From assembly GCA_022813865.1 (NCBI GenBank), contig JALDZX010000002.1, positions 186,001 through 250,000 of the forward strand: DNA of 64,000 nucleotides. Reading direction: 5' to 3'. The notes beneath the pieces are model-generated. The model was given only the letters and a program-made list of their open reading frames with translations. It ran no database searches and was not told where the DNA came from. The position numbers were made by a program, and so were the translations under genes. Position 1 is the stretch's first letter; every line of letters starts with the position of its first letter. This document shows, one piece after another, positions 13,352 through 27,000 of this stretch. The DNA is from Xylographa opegraphella. Taxonomy: Eukaryota.

Positions 13352-15064
13352 CTACCGATGGGGTCGAGAGTCAATAGGCGTGGTCTTGACTATCGTCGGC
13401 TCCGAATTCTGCTGCGGCAGCCTGCCGGCTCGCTCGAGAATGTTCCCTGCTAGCACCTTATTTGTTTGATCCTTCCCCAGCTGCAGTCTCTCCAAGCCTC
13501 GTTGGACTGTATCAATATGCACGCTCAGCGGTACATTTTCCACCTGCCCGCTGCCTACCGTCTCTCTCATGACCTCCAATTCGGAGCGTATGGCCTGGAG
13601 CTTCAGAAGGGTGCCACTCACGTAGCCCGAAGCGCTCTGACGGTAGGTATTGACCTTTTCTAGGAGCTTGAGCTCGGTGTCGAATTTGTTCAGCTTACTG
13701 CGGTTGCCTCCGAGCATCGTCCACAGCTGAGACAGGATTTGGTCCCTGGAGTACTGCGCTTTGTTGTTGTCACGCACGGAAATGCCGTAGATGTTATCCA
13801 GCTGGTCCTCTAAATACCTCAAGGTCAGTTGGAGTGCCATGCCATCGTCGATGAGCCGATCAACCTCCCTGGCAACGCCTTGGGTATGCATAATGTACTG
13901 ATCATGCAGCTGGTTGTCTGTAAAGCGGAAGGGCATGAAGGGAGCAATGATCTTGCTATTGAGGAACGATGTTACTGCTCCTTGGGTAGCTTCTCTCTCT
14001 GCCATACCTTCGAGTACACGTTTTGTGTGCTTAGCCATCGAAAGCATTTTGTCCACACTACCTCCCACACGTGCACTAAAACTCAATAAATCGTCGGACG
14101 CCGTAGCAGATGTTTTTATGAAAGTGCCAAACTCGTATAAGAGCTCATCCTTGGATGGTAAGTTACTGTAGATTACCATCTGGCGGAGATCGCGGATGGA
14201 GGCTTCACTGCGCTTCATGTCCATCGGCAGAGTGACACCTTCGGCTGTTTGCTCCAGGATCTCCTCGAACTTCGCTTGAGTTTCCATGAGCCGAACAAAC
14301 TCGACCACCGGAATCGTGTCATCTCCCTTGTTAGCAGACACTGGGAACTGGCACATATCGAGATGTAACAATGATGCGCCTGGAATTCGGCAAATAGGGG
14401 ACAGCGCGGAGTATATCGAATTCGTGAGTACATTGCGAGTTATGACCATAAGCCCTACAAGCAGGTATATAGCCAGCGCGTAAGACAAGGGCGTCTTTGC
14501 GTAGCCTAGAGCACCACCTATGATGTCGAAGACCCACTCGAAGGCTGCCTTGACGAAGCCTTCAGCCGCTTGCAACGCTTTGATATTCGTATCTCGACTC
14601 GGTGAGTCCCCTCTAGTCCTCACGGGAGATATTGGTTGTGGGTTCCTCCTCTTCCTAATCTCCGGTCGGGAACGTCCCATAGTTTCTTCATGTATACTTG
14701 GCATTATGAGTTCAGGCTCCGAACCGATTGCCATACTTTTCTTTGGACGACCGCGCCTCGGACTGCCAGATGACGTTAAAGTGCTCTTTCCTCCAACGGA
14801 GCCAGAACGCACCACGGACTTTCGCAGCACGCGAGGGCTATGTTTGGCTGGGTGGGTAGCTGAGGTCTCTTGTAATACTCTGGCTGATGCATTCGTTTCA
14901 CCAAGATTCTGTACAGGTACCTTAGATTTTGATATATCAATATTTGAGCTGTCTGAGCTTTGGTAAGCGCTGGACTCGCCACTGTCACCAGAGTCAACAA
15001 TCCAAGAATCTCCCAGCTCTGGTCTGTTGTTAGCACCAATGCTGGACTTTTCTGGCTGTGCCAT
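13352..15064 (-). CDS. Hypothetical protein: disordered N-terminus, one TM segment, long helical/coiled-coil C-terminal region
   Basis: Uninterrupted 570-aa ATG ORF; TM-like LSYALAIYLLVGLMVI; heptad-rich C-terminal half. Confidence 0.8.
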   Translation of the reverse strand: MAQPEKSSIGANNRPELGDSWIVDSGDSGESSAYQSSDSSNIDISKSKVPVQNLGETNASARVLQETSATHPAKHSPRVLRKSVVRSGSVGGKSTLTSSGSPRRGRPKKSMAIGSEPELIMPSIHEETMGRSRPEIRKRRNPQPISPVRTRGDSPSRDTNIKALQAAEGFVKAAFEWVFDIIGGALGYAKTPLSYALAIYLLVGLMVITRNVLTNSIYSALSPICRIPGASLLHLDMCQFPVSANKGDDTIPVVEFVRLMETQAKFEEILEQTAEGVTLPMDMKRSEASIRDLRQMVIYSNLPSKDELLYEFGTFIKTSATASDDLLSFSARVGGSVDKMLSMAKHTKRVLEGMAEREATQGAVTSFLNSKIIAPFMPFRFTDNQLHDQYIMHTQGVAREVDRLIDDGMALQLTLRYLEDQLDNIYGISVRDNNKAQYSRDQILSQLWTMLGGNRSKLNKFDTELKLLEKVNTYRQSASGYVSGTLLKLQAIRSELEVMRETVGSGQVENVPLSVHIDTVQRGLERLQLGKDQTNKVLAGNILERAGRLPQQNSEPTIVKTTPIDSRPHR

Positions 15065-15656
15065 AGTGAGAATTCGTGAAAGTAGATTGTGAACTTAAGG
15101 TCGGAAGAGTTTGGTAAAAGATGATATGAGGGGGTGGTCAACGCCGGAATCAGATTGCGAGGCAAGCTCTCATTAGCACATGGCTGTGGTTGGAAGGTGG
15201 CTGCATATCAGTCCATGTAAAAGCGATACTCTGAAACAGATCGCAAGGTTGAGCAACAAGTTTGGTTCATGGCAGTCCTCCGCCACGAGCTAGAATGAGT
15301 ATGCATGCGGTAGTGTTGGTGCCTTGATCCATTTCTTTGTTCCGATTTCTGGTACAATAGGACCTATGACGTGGGCCGCCTCAAGTAGATCTTGCAATGC
15401 GTGCAGACCATGAACTGGAAGTGTCAATATTCCCCGGCGATAAGCGGTATAAGGTAGTCTATTAAGAAAGGCCCATATGATGGTAAATATGCGCACACGC
15501 ACATTGATCATGAAGATAGCCCAATGAAGGCGCGGAGTGTCCGACCTTTATCCTATTTCTGTACCGAGACATCGTCCACGTGACTTGGCGCTTCATATCA
15601 TCCACGCGAATTGCCCCACGTTTTCCCCACCCGTTTTGTTCTTTTACTACCTAAAC

Positions 15657-18563
15657 ATGGAAACCAGCACCGAAGATGATGACGATTTGGAAATCACCAA
15701 TGTTGTCAGAAAAGACTTGGCTGACCATCAGCGTCTAAAACATGCGAAGGAGAAGGTTGACTGGTCCGAAGATGAAGATGGCGGTGCCTACGAGAGATTT
15801 AAAAACCGCAAGGCAGTCAAGCGCAAGCGAGCTGCAGCGAGTACTCGCATGGCGAAGGCCATCGAAAAGGGTAGCAACGTCGGCAAGAAGTCGAGAACGG
15901 ACAAGGAAACCGAAGGGCCGACAGAGAAGAATACAAAACACTTTGGCGATGTTTCGGATGATGATCTGATGGAATATACTTTACCAGATTATCTCCAAAA
16001 TCGCCGTACAGGATTTGATAAGCGGATGGAGACGCTCAAGGAAGCAGGGCTCAAATTTCCTCCGCAGTTTGACGATGTACACTTTTCTGACGACGAGCGA
16101 TTGGAGCATCTACATGAGAAACCCGATTTTCCAAAAGCCAAACCTTCCGGTTTATATAAGGACATCCAGCTACCATACTCTCTAGGCCTGATCCCTGCGC
16201 CTGTTGCTCAATGGCTCCGAGACTATCAAGTCCAAGGCGTTTCTTTCCTCCACAAGCTGTTTGTCTACCAAACTGGGGGCATCCTGGGCGATGATATGGG
16301 GTTAGGAAAAACCATTCAGGTGATTGCCTTTCTAACAGCAGTATTTGGTAAAACTGGCGACGAAAGAGACGCCAAGCGTATGCGAAAAATCAGGAGATCA
16401 GGCTCGGCTTGGTATCCCCGGGTTCTGGTAGTATGTCCAGGAACTTTGATAGAGAACTGGAAGGCTGAATTTCAGCGGTGGGGATGGTGGCACGTTGATG
16501 TTTACCACGGCGACACCAAAGAAGCCGCAATCAAGGCCGCAGCTGCTGGTAGATTGGAAATCATGATCACCACTTACACAACGTATAGACTGAACAAGAG
16601 CGCGATCAATATGATCGAATGGGATTGTGTCGTTGCTGACGAGTGTCATCAAATCAAGGGTCGCAATTCGGAAACCACACAAGCGATGAATGAAGTTAAC
16701 GCTCTCTGTAGGCTTGGCCTTACTGGTACAGCGATTCAGAACTCTTATGATGAACTATGGACTCTTTTGAACTGGACTAACCCCGGAAGATTTGGACCGA
16801 TCTCGACCTGGAAAGCCACCCTAAGTGACCCGTTGAAAATGGGACAGTCCCACGACGCGACCATTGCACAGCTCAGCAAAGCCCGGAAAACTGCTAAGGC
16901 ACTTGTGGAAAATCTGCTACCACAATTTTTTCTGCGGCGAATGAAGACACTTATTGCGCATCAGTTGCCCAAGAAGAGTGACAGAGTAGTTTTTTGCCCG
17001 CTGACCGATACTCAAGCTGATGCTTATGAAAACCTCCTCGAATGCGACCTTATCAGTTACATTAAGACTTCCTCAAATGATTGCGCATGTGGTTCAGGGA
17101 GAAAGTCTGGGTGGTGCTGTCGTGCCCTACTTCCCAACGGAGTCAAATGGCAATCCTTTGTATTTCCAGCCATCTTAAACCTTCAAAAGCTTGCAAATCA
17201 TCTTGCGATCCTCATTCCGCAGGGTAATGATCCAAAAGAAAAGCAAGACAAAGAATTCAACATGCTACAAATCGCTGTCCCTGATCAGTGGCGCCAGCTC
17301 TATAGAAACCGCGATTCCATTTTGAATTTCTCCAATCCTGAGTTTTGTGGGAAATGGAAGATACTGAAGAAACTCCTTCGGTTCTGGCACGAGAATGGCG
17401 ATAAAGTGCTCGTTTTTTCTCATTCAGTTCGACTACTTAAAATGCTGCAGATGTTGTTCAACCATACCTCGTATAACGTTTCGTATTTGGATGGTGCGAT
17501 GTCGTATGAGGACCGTTCTAAGACGGTGGATGACTTCAACAGCGACGCTGGGCAGTTCGTTTTTCTCATTTCCACGAAAGCCGGTGGGGTTGGACTGAAC
17601 ATCACTTCGGCAAATAAGGTGGTTATCGTGGATCCTAACTGGAATCCTTCCTACGATCTGCAGGCACAGGATCGTGCTTATCGTATCGGTCAAGTCAGAG
17701 ATGTCGAAGTGTTCCGACTGGTTTCCGCTGGCACTATCGAGGAAATTGTTTATGCACGACAGATATATAAGCAACAACAAGCCAACATCGGATACACTGC
17801 GAGTAACGAGAGACGATATTTCAAGGGTGTACAAATGAATAAGGATCAGAAGGGTGAGATTTTCGGCTTAGCCAATCTTTTTGCATTCCGAGCCGATAAC
17901 ATCGTGCTGAGAGACATTGTGAACAAAACAAATGTTGCTGAAGCCAAAGCAGGGGTGTCTGTCGTGGGACTGGACATCGAGGATCCTGTCATGAATGAGG
18001 AATACGACCCACTAACGGCTGGAGGGGATGAGGAAGATAGTGCAATGAGCCAGCTAGCTGCATTAGTCGTTGAGAACGCTGAAGAGGCAGCCGGTAAAGC
18101 GAAGAAGCGGAAAGCCAATGCTATCAAGAAGTCAGATCCCGTGCAGGCTATCTTGGCTGGAGCAGGTGTTGAGTACACTCACGAAAACAGTGAAGTTATT
18201 GGCTCTTCTAAAGTTGAAGCACATCTATCTCGAAAGGCAGAAGAGGCTGGCAACGATGTTGACATGGCGGAGCAGCACGTGTTTCCTGATACCCAAGATG
18301 CATATGTTGCACGAAAGCGTGACGGTGATGATGGGACTGAATCTGAAGACGAGATGCCGCAATGGCGGTATCACCCGCCACAAGAAGTCATGAAGAGACA
18401 ATTTTGCACGATGGCTAAGACTTTTGGGTTTACGGATGCAACGGAATTCGCTCTTGTGGTTGATGGTTGGACCCAAGCTCAGCGGAGAAACTGCCTGGAC
18501 AAGTTTTACCGCATCAGACGAGAGAACCGCATGCGCGAACGACCTACAGTCGACGTTGTGTGA
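15657..18563 (+). CDS. SNF2-family DNA repair ATPase (Rad26-like/ERCC6L2-like)
   Basis: Motifs LRDYQ, GGILGDDMGLGKT, DECH, LTGTAIQN, FLRRMK, ISTKAGGVGLN and DPNWNPSYDLQAQDRAYRIGQ; C-terminal YTHENSEVIGSSKVE (VIGSSK-type) motif; first ATG at 15657. Confidence 0.92.
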   Translation: METSTEDDDDLEITNVVRKDLADHQRLKHAKEKVDWSEDEDGGAYERFKNRKAVKRKRAAASTRMAKAIEKGSNVGKKSRTDKETEGPTEKNTKHFGDVSDDDLMEYTLPDYLQNRRTGFDKRMETLKEAGLKFPPQFDDVHFSDDERLEHLHEKPDFPKAKPSGLYKDIQLPYSLGLIPAPVAQWLRDYQVQGVSFLHKLFVYQTGGILGDDMGLGKTIQVIAFLTAVFGKTGDERDAKRMRKIRRSGSAWYPRVLVVCPGTLIENWKAEFQRWGWWHVDVYHGDTKEAAIKAAAAGRLEIMITTYTTYRLNKSAINMIEWDCVVADECHQIKGRNSETTQAMNEVNALCRLGLTGTAIQNSYDELWTLLNWTNPGRFGPISTWKATLSDPLKMGQSHDATIAQLSKARKTAKALVENLLPQFFLRRMKTLIAHQLPKKSDRVVFCPLTDTQADAYENLLECDLISYIKTSSNDCACGSGRKSGWCCRALLPNGVKWQSFVFPAILNLQKLANHLAILIPQGNDPKEKQDKEFNMLQIAVPDQWRQLYRNRDSILNFSNPEFCGKWKILKKLLRFWHENGDKVLVFSHSVRLLKMLQMLFNHTSYNVSYLDGAMSYEDRSKTVDDFNSDAGQFVFLISTKAGGVGLNITSANKVVIVDPNWNPSYDLQAQDRAYRIGQVRDVEVFRLVSAGTIEEIVYARQIYKQQQANIGYTASNERRYFKGVQMNKDQKGEIFGLANLFAFRADNIVLRDIVNKTNVAEAKAGVSVVGLDIEDPVMNEEYDPLTAGGDEEDSAMSQLAALVVENAEEAAGKAKKRKANAIKKSDPVQAILAGAGVEYTHENSEVIGSSKVEAHLSRKAEEAGNDVDMAEQHVFPDTQDAYVARKRDGDDGTESEDEMPQWRYHPPQEVMKRQFCTMAKTFGFTDATEFALVVDGWTQAQRRNCLDKFYRIRRENRMRERPTVDVV

Positions 18564-20064
18564 CTTGAATAGACAATTTTGACCAAACCAAACTTTTCGT
18601 TGTGCTGCACACTCATGGGAAAGTACCTCCAATTAACCACATGACAGCGAAGTCATGGAATTGATTCCCGCAGTCCGATGGCTCATAACGTTCTCTGTCA
18701 CCCCGACATAAGAACCCACTGCTCGGTTTTCGCCACCTCTAGTGATGGCTTCCGGCTTATAGGTATCTTACAACGCTTATCATCCAGCGTCAAGCAAACT
18801 ACCACAACGAAAGTCTCTCTAAAGACGCAATGGGAAGTTGGGTCGCTGAAAGTTATTTCTTGTATGGACTCCATCTTCCTTGATGAAGTACTCCTTATGG
18901 CCGAACGCGGCATTGACTTCAACGCTACCAGTTTGCAGCTTTGGTGTGTATCGCGGACGTTCCGTTGCTACAAGCTATACAACAGCATGAGTTTTATTTA
19001 CAGCGTCTACCCAGAGTGCAGGCCCTACTTGGACCTGATGGATAAGACAATATCTTTCGGCTACTTGATCCAGTGAGATTTGGAGAGCAAGAGCCACTCG
19101 TTTCTGCTTCTGTTAACCTACAAGATTCCCTGTGAGTCTGTATATACAAGCGTGACGAATCAGAGTTTCGTCTAAGAGTGTTCTCTTGCTTCGGAATCCC
19201 GACGGTAACCTTTTATTTTGGCCGTGGCTACCAGTGGAGTAGTTGCTTTCCCACGCGCTCTTTTCGAAGCGCCACAAAGCTAAGTAGAATCCATCGAGAT
19301 CAGAATTCTACACGGTAGCCTTTTATGGAGAAACAGCAGGCAGCAATTATTCAAGGACAAGCCTCAATTTAAGAATATATATCTCATACTCTAGAATAGA
19401 AAAGAGACACCTTCCTTATCAAAGCTAATCCGCGAACTGCAATTTTATTGTCACAATTCTATGCTAGATGGTCGAAGGGAAAGAACGATTACGGAAATCC
19501 CCTGAATACAAATCCTACTATTTTCAATGTCATTTTCACTAACTTCGAATTTCCATACTACAAATCGTCTTTCAGCGTACAGTTGTTGCGTTTGCAACAC
19601 AATATCACGAAGGACAAGAGCACATCGAAGTACTGAAATAACTGTAGGGTACGGTTTCCCTAGATTCGATAGCCTACGATCAGGAGTGAGTTCAAAAAAA
19701 ATCTTAGCGTAGCTGTTGGGGTTTATGCCTCTGCTCTCGGTTCATGTTGGACGTTTTGACAATGTTCGCCTCCACAGTAATGTCTTGTGCTATAACTTTA
19801 TGAACGATTTCGACTTTAAAAGCATGCGCCGCCCTCACTTGAGTAGAGCGTCTTCGAAGATCCAGCTCTGTTCTTTCGAGACCTTAGAGTATCTTCATAA
19901 TATTGTCGCAGTCTTATTCGTCCTTCATCTTTGACTTTTGTTATCGTAAGAAACCCTAATCCTGGACCTCGGCAGAGCTTCTCTGGCTTCTTCTCAACCT
20001 CATCGTTGATCCCCAACACCTCCCTCCCTCCATCCCACCTAAAGCAGAGCCGTCAATAGTTCTC

Positions 20065-21335
20065 ATGCTGGCTGTCATCCTCCGGCCGCGTAACACCAGT
20101 AGTCATCACCTCCGCCACCTCCGCACTGCGTACTTCATCGTGCTCCGATCCCAACCGCGACCGATGAGCTCCACAGCCAAATCCCGGAGACCTTCCGTGC
20201 CCTCCAATCTCCCTGCCGTCCCTCGTCCAAGCGCCAGGTATCTCCTCAGTCTCCTCCACCCCCCATTTCCTCCGACACTCCTCTAACCGCCTTCACCCAG
20301 CTAGCATCCTCCTTATCTCGCCCACAAACCAGATCCTGCTACTGCACCGCGTCCAAACTTCGTCTTCCTTCCCCTCTGCGCATGTCTTCCCAGGCGGCAA
20401 TCTCTCCGCCGAGCAGGATGGAGCCATCCCCTCGGAGACAAGCGCGCAGAGACATCAGGACAGCATGGTCTACAGGGTGGGCGCCATAAGGGAATGTTTC
20501 GAGGAGTGTGGCATCTTACTGGCCAAGCAGGCTGGGAGTAACAAGCTGCTGGAAGTCGGTGACGATGAGAGGAACGGGGCGCGGAGGGCGGTGCATGCAG
20601 GCAAAACGAAGATACGGGAGTGGGTGACGGCGAAGGGCGGCGTGCTCAATACGGGTGCGTGAACCACCCCAAAGCACACACGGTAAGCAATTCACTGACG
20701 GTGGCTATGCAGAGGGTCTCATACCCTTCACGCGGTGGATCACGCCCGCCAACCTGCCGAAACGATTCACAACCCAGATGTACATCTATTTCCTCCCACT
20801 GCGCGACGCGCCCTCCGACACATCCACTACCGCCCTCTTCACAGACTCGGAGGCCATGATCGCGAACCCCACATCTGACGGCGGCATCGAGCACACCACA
20901 GCCCGCTTCCTGCCGCCCTCGAAGTGGCTGGATATGTCGCGCGCGGGCGAGATCAGCCTCTTCCCACCGCAATTCTTCCTCCTCCACCTGCTCGCGCCGT
21001 TTCTGTCGCCGGTGCACGGCGGGGAAAACCCCAGTACCGATGAGTTGGCGCAGCAGCGGCGACGCGTCGTGGACTTCGTCACGTCGGGCGATCCGCCCTG
21101 GACGGAGAAGTGTATGTCGCCGACGGGTCTCATGTGGAAGAAAGGCGATGGCAGGGCGGTGTTGGGGCTGAGTAAACCCGGTTTGGAGCTGGAAGGGAGT
21201 GGGAGGAGGGGAGATGAGGAGAGGGTGGTGCTGGTTGAGTTTGGGAAGGGTGGCCCGAGGAGGGTGGAGGTTGCGTGGAGGGCGGATGTTTTTCGTGAGG
21301 AGAGGAAGGAGGAAGATGGGAGGGAGAAACTGTAG
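20065..21335 (+). CDS. Nudix hydrolase, NUDT19-like; 3 exons
   Basis: Introns 20238-20304 and 20655-20712 yield PRPSASILLISPTNQILLLHR..HVFPGGN, the Nudix box AIRECFEECGILL, RWITP..KRFTT and LFPPQFFLL. Alternative ATG at 20164. Confidence 0.87.
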
Positions 21336-21622
21336 TCTACGACTTAGACGATTTGAATATAAGTCTTATTTCATGGTAATATCTGCAATTAAAGAGTGAA
21401 CAAATGATGACGTGGGGTTGGGATATGGTTTCTGTACCGCACCATGAGTATAATCTTGCAAACTTGTAATATCAATTAGGAAGTTCAGTTCTCGTGAGAT
21501 ATCTGTCTAGTATGAAGCAAGTGCGCCACCCCGTTAGCTACCACCTAGGTATCATCCAATTTTTTCGTTGGTTAAGCATATTTTCATCCTTCATTATCGC
21601 TCCAATCGTCAATGCAGTGTCC

Positions 21623-23527
<1,905 letters not shown>

Positions 23528-24051
23528 GGAGAAAATTGGACGCTTCTAGTGACTAGAAGAATAGCGCAGCAATTACGCGGTCAGCATAATAGACAACAAT
23601 CGTGTATGATTGATCCTTGGTGCTGACGGGTCGAAGTAGCCTTCTCCCAAGAAAAAAAGTAAGAAAAGTTCGCGGCAGTGAAGCGATTTCAATAATGTGG
23701 GTCGACGCGAGCCACTAATTCCACTATTCCCGAAATGGCCCCGCCAAAGTCAACAAACGCCAAAACAAACAGCTTCCACTTCGACAAGAATACTGGCTGG
23801 TGCATCATCATCAGATCATACTTCAGGTTTCAGCGAGTCTCTCTCGGGCTATAGAGACGAGTGATATTCAGAAGTAAATATTCTACTTTGCTTGGGCTTT
23901 CTGGATCGCAACATCAACATTGCAAGCATAGAGCGGCCTTGTCTGCGGCCCTCCCTGTACCATGACTCGGGGGTATCCTACTACTATCAGAAACACACAA
24001 GTACAACTTGAGAAAGCATGATGAGCAAGTCGTACGACTCAATCCGACGTA

Positions 24052-27000
24052 ATGGCGCCCAGACTCTCTCCGCGCAAATCGCAAAACCCAGATTATTCAC
24101 CACCTCGGATCAGTCCTTTGCGCCAATCTTCAAATGCTTCTACGAACTCGTCTAGCTATTCCAACATATCAAATCCTTTTCCTCCTAGCAGGACTAGCAC
24201 GGTTTCGTCTGCGGCCTCCAGTGGATATCGCAAAACGTCTGCAGGACACAAGCGCGGCAGAAGTGAGGCTGGTATGGGCACGGTCGTGAGAGACAGTGTC
24301 AGTGGCGGTATTGAGACAGCTTCGGTCGAGAACTACAAATCTTCAAGGCACTCACTACGTCCACTCCCACAACCACCAGCCTCCAAACCAATCTCCACTT
24401 TCAAAAGCGTATATTCAACATTCTCACATGGGCTCAGCAGCCCAGAACCACCTGACTCGTTAAATCACGGGCAAACATACTCTTCCTCGACGACCAACTC
24501 TCAACATAGCCACTCGCATTCCCTCAGTTTGGGTCATGCTAGTTCTCCGACGACGCCGCCTTCCACAATGACACCACGGTCAAATGGTCACGTTTCATAT
24601 AGCAGCTCTCATGCTGTCCTGATATCTTCACCAGATCTCATCGACCTCAAAAAGTCCTCGACTGGACATCTTCGGACTATTTCGAAATTTGCACAGAGTG
24701 GAACAAGTGAAGATTTCTCAATAACCTCGCCCGCACCTTCTGTCATAGGTCTGTATGGTCGAAGACAGCTCAAACGAACAGACTCGACAAGAGCCAGTAA
24801 AGGGACCGTCGCTCTTAGCAATGGAACAGGTTATACTTGGGAGGGGCGAAATTGGATGGACCAGCAACGTCAGTTTTTACAAGCCTACGAATACTTGTGT
24901 CACATTGGCGAGGCCAAGGAGTGGATCGAGGACATCATACATAAGCCAATTCCTCCAATCGTCCAGCTTGAAGAAGCTCTCCGGGATGGAGTGACATTGG
25001 CAGAGATCGTCCAGGCATTAAGGCCCGAAAGATCAGTACGCATATTTCACCATCCAAAGCTTCAATATCGTCACTCCGATAACATTGCGGTCTTTTTCCA
25101 TTTTCTGGGCGAGGTGGAACTTCCTGAACTCTTTCGATTTGAGACAATTGATCTTTACGAAAAGAAGAACATACCGAAGGTGATTTATTGTATACATGCA
25201 CTATCCTGGCTTTTGTTCAGAAATGGTATGGTCGGTTTCCGGATAGGTAACTTGGTTGGACAGCTCCAATTCGAACATCATGAGCTCGAAGAAATGCAAA
25301 AGGGATTAGATAAAGCGGGGGTGAATATGCCGAGCTTTTCTGGTATGGGAGCTTCATTTGGTGCCGATCTGGAGCCGGAGCCGGAGCCTGAGCCAGTGGA
25401 ATCTGAACAAGATAGGATCCAGAGAGAGCTAAGAGAGAACGAGAACATGACAGTAGATCTTCAAGCCCAGATACGTGGCGCTTCTGTAAGATTGAGGTTG
25501 GGCAACAAGATGCAGACCTTATGGGATGCAGAAGACATGCTGATCGACCTACAAGCACGTATCCGAGGTGATTGGGCGAGACAGATCTCGGATTATCGGT
25601 TGACTATGAAAAGGTTTGCCGTAGAGTTGCAGAGCGCTTCGAGAGGGTTTATTGTTCGAACCACACATCGGCGACAGGAGGCTCGATGGCATGACCAAGA
25701 ATCACAAGTGGTCATGCTTCAGAGCTTGGTTCGAGCCCGAAAAGCAAGAATTGAAGCGCAAACAATCAAAAGCCGAGCAAGGCATGAAGAATCTGGTATC
25801 AGAAAGTTCCAGGCTGCAATCAGGGGTGCTTTAGAGAGGAAACGCTTTGACGATCAATATGAACAAACCCACAACGCCGAAGTGGATGTCCAGCAACTAC
25901 AAGCATTCATAAGAGGATTATTTGTTCGACGGAGCCTACAACAACAACTCACACAACTTTCTAGGTCGCAGCAAGCTATTGCTTCCCTACAGGCTGTATC
26001 TCGTGGACTTTTTGTACGGAATCATCACATGGGTCAGCTTAGTGCCTTGCACGACAAGAACGGACTGTGGCAGAAACTACAAGCAGTATCCAGAGGAAAT
26101 CTTCTAAGAAAAAGTATAGCCGAAACTCAACGCCTTCTGCAGCACCACAAGGTCGAGGCATCGAAGCTTCAAGCAATCGCAAGAGGCAATGCTATACGAA
26201 CCCATGTTGCCGCATTGACATCGTCATTGGCTTCATTCGAAGAGCCGATAAATGATTTACAAAGTGCTTCCCGTGCTTTCATGCTTCGTTCTCGATTGGC
26301 ATCTGACAAGATGACGCTCCAAAGCCACAGTTCCAATTTCACATATCTTCAAGCGTGTGCAAGAGGGTGCTTACAACGGCATCATCAATCGCGAATTCAA
26401 GAAGACCTCCAGTCTCATAGAACGGAGGTTGTCATTCTTCAATCTCTTTCTCGGGCGATGCTTCTGCGAATGGAAGTTGGCGATGTCTTGGCACAGCTTG
26501 AAGACGAGGAGGAGGCTATAGAAGCCCTGCAGGCTGCCGCTCGAGGAATGCTTGTTCGTCAAAGTTTCGCCGAAAAGATGCGATTCTTCAAAGAAAACAT
26601 GGAAAAGGTCGTGAAAGTCCAGAGTTTTGTTCGTGCAAAGTTGCAGGGCCAAGCCTACAAGAGCCTGACCAGCGGCAAGAACCCTCCTGTAGGTACTGTA
26701 AAAGGGTTTGTCCATCTCCTGAATGACAGTGATTTCGATTTCGATGAGGAGATTGAGTTTGAACGACTCAGAAAGACAGTTGTACAACATGTCCGCCAAA
26801 ACGAGATGGCAGACCAGTATATAACGCAACTCGATATCAAGATTGCTCTGCTCGTCAAGAACAAGATTACGCTAGATGAAGTTGTAAAACACCAAAAACA
26901 TTTTGGTGGCTCTGTCGGTAATTTGTTGACGAACACTGAAATGTCATCAAAAGACCCATTTGATTTGAAAGCCTTGAACAAGAACTCAAGGAGAAAGCTC

